A stretch of 57,972 bases of DNA from Candidatus Methylarchaceae archaeon HK01M (lineage in GTDB: Archaea > Thermoproteota > Nitrososphaeria > Nitrososphaerales > JACAEJ01): assembly GCA_024256245.1 (NCBI GenBank), contig JAKLZD010000035.1:1-57972 (forward strand), in the 5' to 3' direction. How positions within the stretch are numbered: the stretch's first letter is position 1; each line of letters starts with the position of its first letter. Shown here piece after piece: positions 1-9,245 of this stretch. The translations under genes were made by a program, and so were the position numbers. The notes below the pieces were generated by a model that worked only from the letters and a program-made list of their open reading frames with translations, did not search any database and had not been told where the DNA came from.

Positions 1-2652
1 ATCTGTGAAGCCTATAATACGGCCTAATATGCCTACAGATGTATGGGGGGCCAATCCAACGATAAGGTAGCCTATAAGATCGTCGATAGATTTTGCATTG
101 TAATATGGTTCGCTTTTGTACAAGTTCACCAATAATTCATTAATAAATTTTGATGTTCTCAACAAATACTGACCAGCTTCTATAGGTAGTATCACATCTT
201 GAACGAAAATCTCTATAAGTTGATCGTCTGAGTTAAGGGGATTACCATACATATCCTTATCATAGCCCAGTTCTTTAAGTTTCTCAACTGTAGTGCTTAT
301 TTGTGATGTTTTGAAATGAGTAAGTACGGCATTGGTAGCATCGAACCTTATAGTTCCATCTTTATAGACAGATAGATCGTATTTCTGGCGTAAGATGCCT
401 TTGTCCAATGGTTCTGGGATACGCAAATCATTTATCAGAGATTTAACACCTTTGAGAGGAGGTTTGGGGCGGTATTTTACCTTTGATAGAGCTTCATCTA
501 ATGCTTCCTTGATAGGAAGGTCAACCTTTGAGTAAGATAGAGCTCTAACTTTACATGTTGGACATCGATTGCTCTCTACAACTCTACTACAACGTGGACA
601 TTTCTTCACAATTTCAGTATCCCCAAAACACTTACTGCATTTTATATGGACAGAAGAGGACCCGCAGCTAGTGCAGATCAAGTTTGTAAGCTCTACATTC
701 ACCATGCGGTCCTTTGCCGCATAAAGCAGATCCCTCTTTGAACCACCTTTTATACCTACTGGAAAGAGAGTGTGAACTGGGGGCCTCATCTTCCTTGGCA
801 TAGCCTTCTCAGGACGACCGATACGTAGACCTACAAAGATAGACGATTTTCTTTTTATGGGTATGTGAGCGATCAATGATAGTAGTTCAGTGATATCCTT
901 CCAATCTTTAACGAGGCTAAGTTCAGACTGTAAATTCAAAGTCTTCATTAAAGAGTAGGCGGGCTCACCGTTTATGATCAATTCATTATCAACTATCCGA
1001 TGTGGAATTCCTATCTTCTCTAAGATCTTTTTTATCTCTAGCTTTTTCGGTGCAGTTATAATAAATGGAGCCTTATCAGATGATAAGCTTAGGTTTTGTC
1101 TTAATGTAATTATCTCAGATGATGATGCTAAATCCCAATAGAATAGATGGTGAGGGTGAAGAGGGGTGCCCAATTTTTTGCCGAATTCGAAGGCTTCAAA
1201 AGCGTTGGGAAAATTACGTATGGGGTCTTTTATTATTTCTTTTAGGCGGCCGATGTCCATCCCAATAAACTTTGCACATTCATTGATCGAAGAGTGTCTC
1301 TCTTTAATCACTTCCAATAAATCTTGTACCCACCATTCTTCAACATATCCAGATGGAACGAGTCTTACATTATTTTCAAGAAAGTCCCCAAAGCTCACTA
1401 AAATATCTCCCAAATGAAGGATTCTATCAATTTTATCATGAATCTTTATAGCATGATCGATGTTCTCGATCTTAACTACAGACTCGTCTATTAATTTGAC
1501 GATAGGTGGTTCTATTGTATCGTTGAAGGCTACAGTAGCAGCCTTGCTTGGTATATCCAACTTGACCTGTGTGCCGACAACAAAGGGATAGTCAAGTGTT
1601 ACGGCAACGGCAGGATGAATTCCTACTATGGACAGACCTGTATTGTAACATCTTCCATACCTTAATCGGAAACCGCCTAATCTCCTTGGGAATGACAAGA
1701 CTGGTCTTCCTGAAATAACTTCTCCAAAATGTGTACTCGATGTATCGTACTCCTCTGAGCTTTGCTGTTGTCCACCTCTAAGCTCGGAGAGCCAGTCCCA
1801 ATCAGAGATTGATAGATCTCTTACCAACTTCAGTAACTTTCTCGATCTGCCGATTACACCGTCGTTCAATACCCTTAAAGCGCCACCCCTAACACGATCT
1901 GTTGAAATTCTCTTCAAGCCTCTATGAATCACAACTTCAACTGGATTCGTTTCGACGCCATCTATCTCTACAGGGAGGTGTAAAAGAGTGTATCTTATGT
2001 CATCATCAGAAACTCTAAACTGAAAATTGCCCACTTCACGCTCATAGATTCTAAGTTCTTCTAAAAAACGACCTACTTCATCGGAGCCCCAAGCGTTTGG
2101 TCTATATTTATCAAGACCCAAAACTTTACGAATGTGATCTGCTATTGTGAGGGTAAAGGCAGCCTCGGTACCACCTGCAGAACGAATTGGACCAGCAAAA
2201 TATATTGCAGCATAATTCGTATCATCATCGTTCCTTTTGATCTTTACAGAAGAGATACCTTGAATTGGGGCTACCGTAATACCATCTGTCATTACAGCAA
2301 GACCGATACGGATACCAAGTTCTAACGCTTTCTCCTTTTCAAAAAATTCGAATTTACCAAGAGCAACCTCTTCTGCAAGATGTAAAGCTACATCTTCCTT
2401 ACTACAAGTTAAAAGGAGTTCTCTAAGCCGTTTAGCAAGTCCAGGAATCTTTATTAGATTCTCTATGCGGTCTGCTAAATCAAAGGATAGTTTGGGTTCC
2501 ACGTCCAATTTGGGATCTATGCCTTTACTTCGAGCATTTGATGAGATGTCATATTGTGATTTTAGTTGCTGAAAAAGCGTCTCATAGTAGCTGAGGTATT
2601 GCTCAGGGAATGGTGCGAATGTCTTTATCCGTCCAAGAATTTCATCGATCAT
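1..2652 (-). CDS. polC: DNA polymerase II (PolD) large subunit DP2, N-terminal ~884 codons; the ORF runs off the left edge
   Basis: My translation of the minus strand from the ATG at 2652-2650 reads MIDEILGRIKTF...NYAAIYFAGPIRSAGGTEAAFTL...LRGGQQQSSEE. The same frame at 720-541 gives the Cys cluster CTSCGSSSVHIKCSKCFGDTEIVKKCPRCSRVVESNRCPTC. No stop was seen in the stretches I translated, and the absence of any listed minus-strand ORF here fits one ORF open to position 1. It is missing from the ORF track because it is open-ended. Confidence 0.9.
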   Translation of the reverse strand, partial: MIDEILGRIKTFAPFPEQYLSYYETLFQQLKSQYDISSNARSKGIDPKLDVEPKLSFDLADRIENLIKIPGLAKRLRELLLTCSKEDVALHLAEEVALGKFEFFEKEKALELGIRIGLAVMTDGITVAPIQGISSVKIKRNDDDTNYAAIYFAGPIRSAGGTEAAFTLTIADHIRKVLGLDKYRPNAWGSDEVGRFLEELRIYEREVGNFQFRVSDDDIRYTLLHLPVEIDGVETNPVEVVIHRGLKRISTDRVRGGALRVLNDGVIGRSRKLLKLVRDLSISDWDWLSELRGGQQQSSEEYDTSSTHFGEVISGRPVLSFPRRLGGFRLRYGRCYNTGLSIVGIHPAVAVTLDYPFVVGTQVKLDIPSKAATVAFNDTIEPPIVKLIDESVVKIENIDHAIKIHDKIDRILHLGDILVSFGDFLENNVRLVPSGYVEEWWVQDLLEVIKERHSSINECAKFIGMDIGRLKEIIKDPIRNFPNAFEAFEFGKKLGTPLHPHHLFYWDLASSSEIITLRQNLSLSSDKAPFIITAPKKLEIKKILEKIGIPHRIVDNELIINGEPAYSLMKTLNLQSELSLVKDWKDITELLSLIAHIPIKRKSSIFVGLRIGRPEKAMPRKMRPPVHTLFPVGIKGGSKRDLLYAAKDRMVNVELTNLICTSCGSSSVHIKCSKCFGDTEIVKKCPRCSRVVESNRCPTCKVRALSYSKVDLPIKEALDEALSKVKYRPKPPLKGVKSLINDLRIPEPLDKGILRQKYDLSVYKDGTIRFDATNAVLTHFKTSQISTTVEKLKELGYDKDMYGNPLNSDDQLIEIFVQDVILPIEAGQYLLRTSKFINELLVNLYKSEPYYNAKSIDDLIGYLIVGLAPHTSVGILGRIIGFTD

Positions 2653-2742
2653 GGTACAGATTTATTATTTGATAGAAAGATAAAAGTTTTAATTGGTTTT
2701 TTATGTAAAAACATATCCATAATTTTTAAAGAGTTAGAAAGA

Positions 2743-2763
2743 TGTGATATATAATGTATCACA
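2743..2763. promoter_or_regulatory. Palindrome tgtgata-N7-tatcaca upstream of the PolD large subunit gene
   Basis: tgtgatatataatgtatcaca lies 91 nt from the polC start codon. A near-identical element occurs at 4781-4801. Confidence 0.4.
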
Positions 2764-2819
2764 AAAATATTAGACTGTGATGAAATTTAATCATGATATA
2801 TTATGTGATTACAATTTAA

Positions 2820-3146
2820 TTAAAGATTATTTATACGATTGGTCTTAGTATAGATTCGAGCGAGAATAAGATGGCGCCAAATATTAGGCCCAGATTTGGT
2901 TTCACGTTCTGCGAGTTTTTTTCTAAATTCGATGCATTTCTCACATATTGGGTGAAAAACATCAGAAGGACCATCACAGTCTCCACAGTTAAGTAAAAGC
3001 GCCTTTTCACCCTTCAATTCCATAAATAGATACTCTTTAGAATCAAAAGATGCTTCAAAATCAGGCCATCTATCATAAGCCTTTGTAGTATCTAACCAAT
3101 ATTTTAAACTTGTAAAAAAACGTTCAAATGAGGTCAGTGCGATCAC
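2820..3146 (-). CDS. Hypothetical small protein with a CxxC...CxxC cluster (CGDCDGPSDVFHPICEKC)
   Basis: 108-aa ORF. Its GTG start overlaps the TGA stop of the upstream GGGPS gene (GTGA), which suggests translational coupling. No family recognised. Confidence 0.4.
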   Translation of the reverse strand: MIALTSFERFFTSLKYWLDTTKAYDRWPDFEASFDSKEYLFMELKGEKALLLNCGDCDGPSDVFHPICEKCIEFRKKLAERETKSGPNIWRHLILARIYTKTNRINNL

Positions 3147-3892
3147 CTGAGGTTCTTTATCCCCTCGACGATCTCTTTAAGTTTAGGTACGAATTCTTCG
3201 GTTTCTAACAAGGTTCCTATTACAAGAATATCAGCACCGGCTTTAGCAAGTTTTTTAGCATCTTCAAGTCTTCGGATACCACCACCCACAATTAATATAC
3301 CATCAAAAATATCACGAACTTTAGTGATTATAGAAGAAGAGATATGTGATGTCACACCAGATCCAGCCTCTAAGTACACAAACCTCATCCCCATATACTT
3401 TGCTGCAAGAGTATACATAGCTACTAAACTTGGTTTTTCGGGGGGGATTCCTCTAGCACGCCCTATGAAGCCTATAGTTCCACCTTCACCTATCACAATA
3501 TAACCCATTGGAATAGCTTCTAATCCATATTTCTTGATTGAAAATGCACCCAAAGCTTGAGCTTCGGTGATAAAGTATGGGTTGTCAGAGTTCAATAAGG
3601 AACTGAAAAGAATTGCATCAGCATTTGGAGATATACCTGTCACATTGCCTGGGAATAATATCACAGGGACTCTAACCTTTCGTTTTATCACCTTGACAAC
3701 GCTATCTAATTCAAAAGGATCTATAGCTGTTGAGCCGCCCACAAGAATGCTTTTTACGCCACATCTTTCAGCATTCAAAGCTATTTCGGATATCTTTTCG
3801 TAAGATATATCTTCTGAATCAATGAGGGCGAAGGATACTGTGCCATCTTTAGAAATTTCCTCTCTAATGTACCTCTCAATCTTTCCCATCAT
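3143..3892 (-). CDS. Geranylgeranylglyceryl phosphate synthase (PcrB/GGGPS family)
   Basis: 249 aa TIM-barrel-like sequence with the motifs ILVGGSTAI, ILFPGN and IVGGGIR, and the typical length. Confidence 0.8.
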   Translation of the reverse strand: MMGKIERYIREEISKDGTVSFALIDSEDISYEKISEIALNAERCGVKSILVGGSTAIDPFELDSVVKVIKRKVRVPVILFPGNVTGISPNADAILFSSLLNSDNPYFITEAQALGAFSIKKYGLEAIPMGYIVIGEGGTIGFIGRARGIPPEKPSLVAMYTLAAKYMGMRFVYLEAGSGVTSHISSSIITKVRDIFDGILIVGGGIRRLEDAKKLAKAGADILVIGTLLETEEFVPKLKEIVEGIKNLR

Positions 3893-4139
3893 TTAGATTC
3901 AACCTTCCAGACAGGAATTTGTCGACAAAATCATTATAGATATCTATGGGTGCTTTGTTTGTATTTAACTCATATTCATAGCTCAAACCACAATTTCCAC
4001 AGGCTATCTTTGCTATATTTTCCTTTTTTACAGAAATTTTTATAGATATAGTTCCACATTGTGGACAACTGTAAACTTTAGGGAGAGCCTTCTTCACGAC
4101 TTTTATTACGCGACGTCTTCTTCTTCCCAATGATAACAC
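3876..4139 (-). CDS. Elf1-like zinc-ribbon protein (transcription elongation factor 1 homolog)
   Basis: 87 aa with a basic N-terminus. CPQCG...x18...CGNCG is followed by PIDIYNDFVDKF, which matches the Elf1 pattern C-x2-C...C-x2-C...IDVYSEWID. Confidence 0.65.
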   Translation of the reverse strand: MLSLGRRRRRVIKVVKKALPKVYSCPQCGTISIKISVKKENIAKIACGNCGLSYEYELNTNKAPIDIYNDFVDKFLSGRLNLNDGKD

Positions 4140-4346
4140 CTTGATATAGTATAGTAATTGGTAAATAAATTAATTTGGTTTTCCAATTAGTATAATTAAC
4201 CAATTATAATCCTAAAATATTTAAAATTAATTGTTTAAATTTAAAATAAAAATGTTTAATTATCATTAAAATAGAGAAAATAGAGTTCAAGGAATGTTAT
4301 TATATTTCCGATAACATTATACGAATCTGTATAATAATCAAGAGTA

Positions 4347-4745
4347 ATGATAGAATCAAAGTTAAAGACGGATCTAATAGTTGGGTATCTTATCAAAAGA
4401 TCGGCTTTCACAAAAGTACAGCTTGATACTTACTTAATTGATTGTATTACATCTGGTGAAAAAATAAGTTTAAAAATGAAGATAGAAATGAGAGATAAAA
4501 CGAATGTAAGTAAGGGAGCCTTCCTTCGTACATTAAAGCAAGCACAAGAGAACTTACAAAAAGCGATTTATACATTGATTTTAGCAGAATATATGGGCAT
4601 ATTAGAAGAAGGGGCTACAATCAAATTGATACAAATAGGTAATTTATTAAAGAATAGAAAAAAGGAGATCACAAAGGAAAGTGCATTTAAAATTTCTAGG
4701 ATTATTGAAAGTGTGATCGATATGTTATCAGGAAGGGAAAGATGA
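4347..4745 (+). CDS. Hypothetical protein with a putative sigma-region-4/Tfx-like HTH
   Basis: 132-aa ORF. The segment NVSKGAFLRTLKQAQENLQKAIYTL resembles an HTH recognition region. An 8-bp inverted repeat (aatgttat/ataacatt, about 4293-4320) lies upstream. Confidence 0.4.
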   Translation: MIESKLKTDLIVGYLIKRSAFTKVQLDTYLIDCITSGEKISLKMKIEMRDKTNVSKGAFLRTLKQAQENLQKAIYTLILAEYMGILEEGATIKLIQIGNLLKNRKKEITKESAFKISRIIESVIDMLSGRER

Positions 4746-4780
4746 TTTCATGATTTATCATTAATTTAAATTAAATTATT

Positions 4781-4801
4781 TTGTGATATATAATATCACA
4801 A
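4781..4801. promoter_or_regulatory. Palindrome ttgtgatat-ata-atatcacaa upstream of the 4893 gene
   Basis: It has 9-bp perfect inverted arms and lies 92 nt from TTG 4893 (110 nt from ATG 4911). A half-site, tatatcacaaaaa, recurs at 57435-57447. Confidence 0.4.
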
Positions 4802-4892
4802 TAGTGATTCTAATTTTACTATGATAGAGTAGATGAATATTATTGAATAGAAAATGTTATTTAGGATTATGTGATATGATATTTGTAATATT

Positions 4893-5513
4893 TTGGTTTT
4901 AGAAAATATCATGATAGTCACAATAGTTAGTATAGCATCTTTAGCCTCAATTATAATTTTAGTATATTACTTGCCAAAAATTAGAAAGATTATCAAAGAA
5001 CAAAAAGATGCTGATGAGATTGTTAAAGGAATTATTTCAGAATTAAATGATAGGCTCAGCCGGCAGGATCAGAATATAATGGATCAACAGGTAAGGTTAG
5101 ATATTATAGAGCTAAAGTTAGAGCAATCAAGTAAAATATTATTTAGAGAAGAAGATGTTAAAATTCTAGAGGGTACCGATACTAGGAAAGTCTTAGAAGA
5201 AGTTAAGGACTTGTTAAGAGTTTTAAGTAAAAATGAATTAATGATGTCCAGTACCGTTCAGAAACAAGAGAAAGTAAAAGAGGTCAAGCAAGTAGACGAA
5301 TTGAGTTCAACTGAGAAGTTCATACTTGAGTTATTAATAAATGAAGTTCAAACTTCAAGGCAAATCCAGCAAAAGATAAAGAAATCAAGAGAGCATACAT
5401 CTAGGCTCATGAAAAAGTTGTTTGAGTTAGGTTATATAGTTAGAGAAGAGGAAAAGAGACCATATGTTTATGTCATAACAGAAACAGGAAAGGAATTGGT
5501 AGAGAAACGTTAG
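4893..5513 (+). CDS. Membrane-anchored coiled-coil protein with a C-terminal MarR-like winged helix
   Basis: 206 aa. It has an N-terminal TM segment (IVTIVSIASLASIIILVYYL), a charged coiled-coil middle, and a C-terminus EKFILELLINEVQTSRQIQQKIKKSREHTSRLMKKLFELGYIVREE. The real start may be the ATG at 4911. Confidence 0.5.
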   Translation: MVLENIMIVTIVSIASLASIIILVYYLPKIRKIIKEQKDADEIVKGIISELNDRLSRQDQNIMDQQVRLDIIELKLEQSSKILFREEDVKILEGTDTRKVLEEVKDLLRVLSKNELMMSSTVQKQEKVKEVKQVDELSSTEKFILELLINEVQTSRQIQQKIKKSREHTSRLMKKLFELGYIVREEEKRPYVYVITETGKELVEKR

Positions 5514-5640
5514 TAAGCTATAGAATTAAATTTTAATTGTGAATAGTTTGTGAAGAAATCTAAAAATTCGTTGTTTTTTTAATATTTATCTTCATTAGAG
5601 TTTAATTTGGTTCTATCTATATGTTAATTTAGAGAAAGAC

Positions 5641-5657
5641 ACCCCTTTATTTCTATT
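5641..5657 (+). promoter_or_regulatory. ORB-like element, copy A (acccctttatttctatt)
   Basis: It matches the reverse complement of 6429-6445 (acccctctatttctatt) at 16/17 positions. The match extends into the flank (ttg-N-ag). Confidence 0.45.
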
Positions 5658-5814
5658 GGAGCTCTTTCAAGATTGATTTTTTCAATGATATTTCTAATGT
5701 ATTGTGAACTTCTGTTAAGTTAATATAACGTCTCATTAAGATGTCATAAGTATTTTACCTTAAGTTCACTTGTTCACACATATTTCTTTATAATAAAATA
5801 AATGTTATGGTAAT

Positions 5815-6213
5815 ATGAACATGGTTAGACGGAAGATTAAGATCGAGTTTGATGATGAAGAAGGGGGTAGGTATAGGATATCTATGGAAGGAAAGCTTTC
5901 TCATGATAAAATATTGAAGATTGTAAATATGGTTGATTTGATAGAAGGAAAGAATGAAGTTGATCAAAGACTTACTTTTTCGCTTAATACACAATTCGGT
6001 CGTCTCTTCAATCTTATTGAAAAGAACTTCAACTTTGGATCTTTTACTTCTACAGATATTTTAGAAGCTTATGAAGATGAGTATAATATGCCTATAAAGT
6101 TGAGTACTATATCAACATATTTACAGAGATTTATGGATAAAGGAGTATTGGTTCGAAATAGAATTGGTATAGGTTGGTCATATCGTAGGGCTCAATCCAA
6201 CTTACAACGGTGA
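5815..6213 (+). CDS. Small winged-helix DNA-binding protein next to the candidate origin
   Basis: 132 aa. The C-terminus FTSTDILEAYEDEYNMPIKLSTISTYLQRFMDKGVLVRN is wHTH-like. ORB-like motifs lie on both sides of the gene. Confidence 0.45.
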   Translation: MNMVRRKIKIEFDDEEGGRYRISMEGKLSHDKILKIVNMVDLIEGKNEVDQRLTFSLNTQFGRLFNLIEKNFNFGSFTSTDILEAYEDEYNMPIKLSTISTYLQRFMDKGVLVRNRIGIGWSYRRAQSNLQR

Positions 6214-6256
6214 TGAAAATATTTGAAATATAATTAAAAGTAATATTTAGCCGCTC

Positions 6257-6268
6257 ACCCCTATTTTT
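6257..6268 (+). promoter_or_regulatory. ORB-like element, copy B (acccctattttt), a weaker copy
   Basis: It shares the cacccct + T-rich core with copies A and C. It forms the left border of a 160-bp extremely AT-rich stretch. Confidence 0.3.
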
Positions 6269-6428
6269 CATATGGAATAAAAAGATTGATTATAGATCAA
6301 ATGAATAAGAAAATTTACTTAATGATTAAATATTATTGATTTATTTATAATTAAAAATCATTTAGTAATCTAGTACGGTCTGAATATTTATTATATAACA
6401 ACAACAATAATCTTAAAAATCGGTCTGC

Positions 6429-6445
6429 AATAGAAATAGAGGGGT
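6429..6445 (-). promoter_or_regulatory. ORB-like element, copy C (inverted orientation)
   Basis: The plus strand reads aatagaaatagaggggt; its reverse complement is acccctctatttctatt. It forms the right border of the AT-rich stretch, 44 bp upstream of orc1/cdc6. Confidence 0.45.
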
Positions 6446-6488
6446 ATGGGTGTGTTCACTTTAATTTATAATAAGGAGTTTAATAAGA

Positions 6489-7691
6489 ATGGTGAATAAC
6501 AAACCTAAAGACCTTTTAGATGAAATCTTTACTAAAGCTTTATCTATTCAATCTTTATATAAAGATCGAAATGTTTTAAGGTCGGACTACATACCATTAA
6601 AATTACCTTTCCGTGAGAAGCAAATCGTAGCCATGGGTGAGGCTCTAGCTCCTCTTTTACATAAGTCGAAATGCTCAAACCTTTTTATTTATGGTAAACC
6701 TGGAACGGGTAAAACAGCAGTCGCTAAATACGTCCTTCAAAGATTAGAAGAAAAAGCTTTAACTCCAAATTTGAAGATTAAATTTGCTTATACAAATACA
6801 AGGGTGGCTGGTACAGAGTATAGAGTTCTTTTCGATATGGCTCAATCAATAGGATTATCAGTTCCTTTTACTGGCTTAGCACTTAATGAGGTATTTAGAC
6901 GTATAACATCTGAGATAGAATCATCCACCTTAACGGTTGTATTGGTGATGGACGAAATTGACTTTTTAATAAAAAAATATAGCGATGACTTGCTTTATGA
7001 ACTTACTCGTGTAAATGAGCAACTCCCTAAAGGCTATGTGGCTATAATAGGTATATCTAATGATTTAAACTTCAAAGAGTTTCTTAATCCAAGAGTATTA
7101 AGTAGTTTAAGTGAAGAAGAGATAATCTTTTCACCTTATACAGCAGAGGAGTTGAGAGCTATACTTTCTGACCGAGCTAAGATCGCTTTTTTCGACAACA
7201 TTGTAACGGAAGCATCGATAAATTTATGCGCCGCTTTAGCAGGTTCTGAACATGGTGACGCTCGAAGAGCCCTAGATCTTTTAAGGGTATCTGGTGAAGT
7301 TGCAGAGAGGGAGTGTGCCACGAAAGTTGAGGAGAGACATGTTAGGATTGCTGTTCAGAAGATCGAACAAGACCGCATAGTAGAAGTTCTTAAATCTCTA
7401 CCTCTTCATGCCAAACTATTATTATGGACCATTACATCTTCAGAAGGAGTCCACTCTACAGGTGAAGTTTATGAATATTATTCTAAATTATGCCAAAAGA
7501 TCAATGTAGATGAACTTACCCCAAGACGAGTTACAATGCTCATCAGTGAACTTGACCTACTAGGTCTAATAGTTGCCAAAATAATCAGTAAAGGCCGTTA
7601 TGGACGAACTAAGCAAATCAACCCACTAATCCAATTACAACTTGTAAGAGAAGTATTTTCAGAAGATCTTATTATGAATTCTATCTTATAA
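6489..7691 (+). CDS. cdc6: Orc1/Cdc6 replication initiator
   Basis: 400 aa with Walker A GKPGTGKT, Walker B VLVMDEID, sensor GDARRALDLL and a C-terminal winged helix. Confidence 0.92.
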   Translation: MVNNKPKDLLDEIFTKALSIQSLYKDRNVLRSDYIPLKLPFREKQIVAMGEALAPLLHKSKCSNLFIYGKPGTGKTAVAKYVLQRLEEKALTPNLKIKFAYTNTRVAGTEYRVLFDMAQSIGLSVPFTGLALNEVFRRITSEIESSTLTVVLVMDEIDFLIKKYSDDLLYELTRVNEQLPKGYVAIIGISNDLNFKEFLNPRVLSSLSEEEIIFSPYTAEELRAILSDRAKIAFFDNIVTEASINLCAALAGSEHGDARRALDLLRVSGEVAERECATKVEERHVRIAVQKIEQDRIVEVLKSLPLHAKLLLWTITSSEGVHSTGEVYEYYSKLCQKINVDELTPRRVTMLISELDLLGLIVAKIISKGRYGRTKQINPLIQLQLVREVFSEDLIMNSIL

Positions 7692-7703
7692 ATAGAATAA
7701 AAA

Positions 7704-9191
7704 TCATTTTATCATAACGAAATTCTTTAAAGTTACTTCAAGAGTTGCCAAGTTGACTATGGGCACTATACCAGGTGTAGGTGTGAGCCCCATATTCATT
7801 TGATAAGATGTCTGTCCTTGCCATGTCCCAGAATTGATCATAAGAGTGCCCCGATAAGTATCAATATCTACAGTATGTACATGCCCTGTGTGAAAGATAT
7901 CCGGCACTTCTTCTATCACTAAATGATCCTCCTTCTCTGGAGCTATAGGTGTCCTTCCCCCATATATGGGTGCAAGATGTCTGGCTTTAAGGAGGACCTT
8001 CATAGCTGATGCAGGCTTTGAGAAAGTAAGTCCAGGTGTTGTTGCGACTATATCATCCAAACTTCTACCATGACAAACGAGTATATTTACACCATGTAAA
8101 TTTAAATGAATTGGATTTCCAAGCATTATTACATTTTCCATATGATAGAGTTGATCAGCATACTTCTCAGGGATAACCGGTTGTGGTAATGCTTGCCTTA
8201 CTGGATCATGATTACCCGGTATTATGAATATTTTAATGTGTTTTGGGACCTGTTCTATAAGTTGAATTAACTTCTTATATTGCTCATGAATATCAACTTC
8301 TTGAAGCTCCTTTTCTTGGTTAGGATATATACCAACACCATCAACTAAATCCCCCCCTATTATCAGATATTTCACTTTTCTTATAATCGAATCATCACCA
8401 AATTTCCCGTTGAGCCAGAGGATGAATCTATTGAAAGCATCAAAGAGAAAAGTATTACTTCCTATATGTGTATCCGAAGTAAAGACAGCGTAGACCTCCT
8501 GTTTTGACCTATTGGGCAAGTGTTCAGGTATATCAGGTGAGTAGACATCTTTTACTATCGCCGTCCCTCTTTTACTAAACTGCAAATCTATAATTGCCAA
8601 TTGATCAAGACAGACTTTAATCGCATTTTTTTTCACTGCTTCATTTAAAGCTAAGGTTCTGATCCTATCACTCATATCATCTATAGCAAGTTCCACATAC
8701 GCCCGCCCAATCTTTTTATTCATAACAAGCCCTGCAATCTTTTGAGAACTGTTAGATGCTTCCTTTTTCAGAGTTGATATCTGCCTGATCTGATAAGAAT
8801 CTGGTCTCTCCTTCACAATCTTCATCAACTTTTCAAAACGATTTATGAAAAGACTTTGGAATCCCTTTAACCCTTCAATAGGAAAGATATTATCCGTTGG
8901 ATCCTTGATTATCTTGTACTCTGATTCGATGTGTTCTATTACTATCGGTTTTACTTCCTTATGAGCTGAATTAGTCTCTTTAAGATTGGGTGGGAGTGCC
9001 TTTTCAATATCTTGTTTGGTGAGAACAGTCTGTTTATCATTATTATAATACTTAATCTGAACCGCTTTCATAACTAATTCTACTGCATTAACTCTTTCAT
9101 TAAATTGTAAGAGGAATTCAAAAGCTTCAGAGTCTAACTGGTACCCACTAGCAAGCGCTTCAACAATCGCCTTAGCTATCTTTAGTTGCAT
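7704..9191 (-). CDS. polB: DNA polymerase II (PolD) small subunit DP1
   Basis: 495 aa with calcineurin-like phosphoesterase motifs SDTHIGS, GGDLVDG, PGNHD and GHVH, and the typical DP1 length. Confidence 0.88.
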   Translation of the reverse strand: MQLKIAKAIVEALASGYQLDSEAFEFLLQFNERVNAVELVMKAVQIKYYNNDKQTVLTKQDIEKALPPNLKETNSAHKEVKPIVIEHIESEYKIIKDPTDNIFPIEGLKGFQSLFINRFEKLMKIVKERPDSYQIRQISTLKKEASNSSQKIAGLVMNKKIGRAYVELAIDDMSDRIRTLALNEAVKKNAIKVCLDQLAIIDLQFSKRGTAIVKDVYSPDIPEHLPNRSKQEVYAVFTSDTHIGSNTFLFDAFNRFILWLNGKFGDDSIIRKVKYLIIGGDLVDGVGIYPNQEKELQEVDIHEQYKKLIQLIEQVPKHIKIFIIPGNHDPVRQALPQPVIPEKYADQLYHMENVIMLGNPIHLNLHGVNILVCHGRSLDDIVATTPGLTFSKPASAMKVLLKARHLAPIYGGRTPIAPEKEDHLVIEEVPDIFHTGHVHTVDIDTYRGTLMINSGTWQGQTSYQMNMGLTPTPGIVPIVNLATLEVTLKNFVMIK

Positions 9192-9245
9192 CCTGATTAT
9201 AAAGACTCTTTTAGGTTAAAAGATTACTCTTTATTAATTTTTAAT

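Larger units (their letters stand above)
6214..6488. other. Candidate replication origin (oriC): inverted ORB-like repeats around an AT-rich unwinding region
   Basis: It lies in the intergenic region directly upstream of orc1/cdc6. Positions 6269-6428 are almost pure A/T. A cggtctg direct repeat occurs at about 6375 and about 6421. PolD subunit genes sit on both sides of the locus. Confidence 0.5.

Noticed and set aside
1-2652. Intein within the PolD large subunit
   Set aside because: The stretches of the visible 884 codons that I translated show no intein-like insertion or splicing motifs, and the length fits an intein-free DP2. The C-terminal part lies outside the window, so this applies only to the visible portion.
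2776-2782. C/D-box sRNA candidates: GTGATGA at 2776, TGATGA at about 16324, GGTGATGA at about 6211
   Set aside because: C-box-like heptamers are present, but no CTGA D or D' box lies at the required spacing, and no terminal stem was seen.
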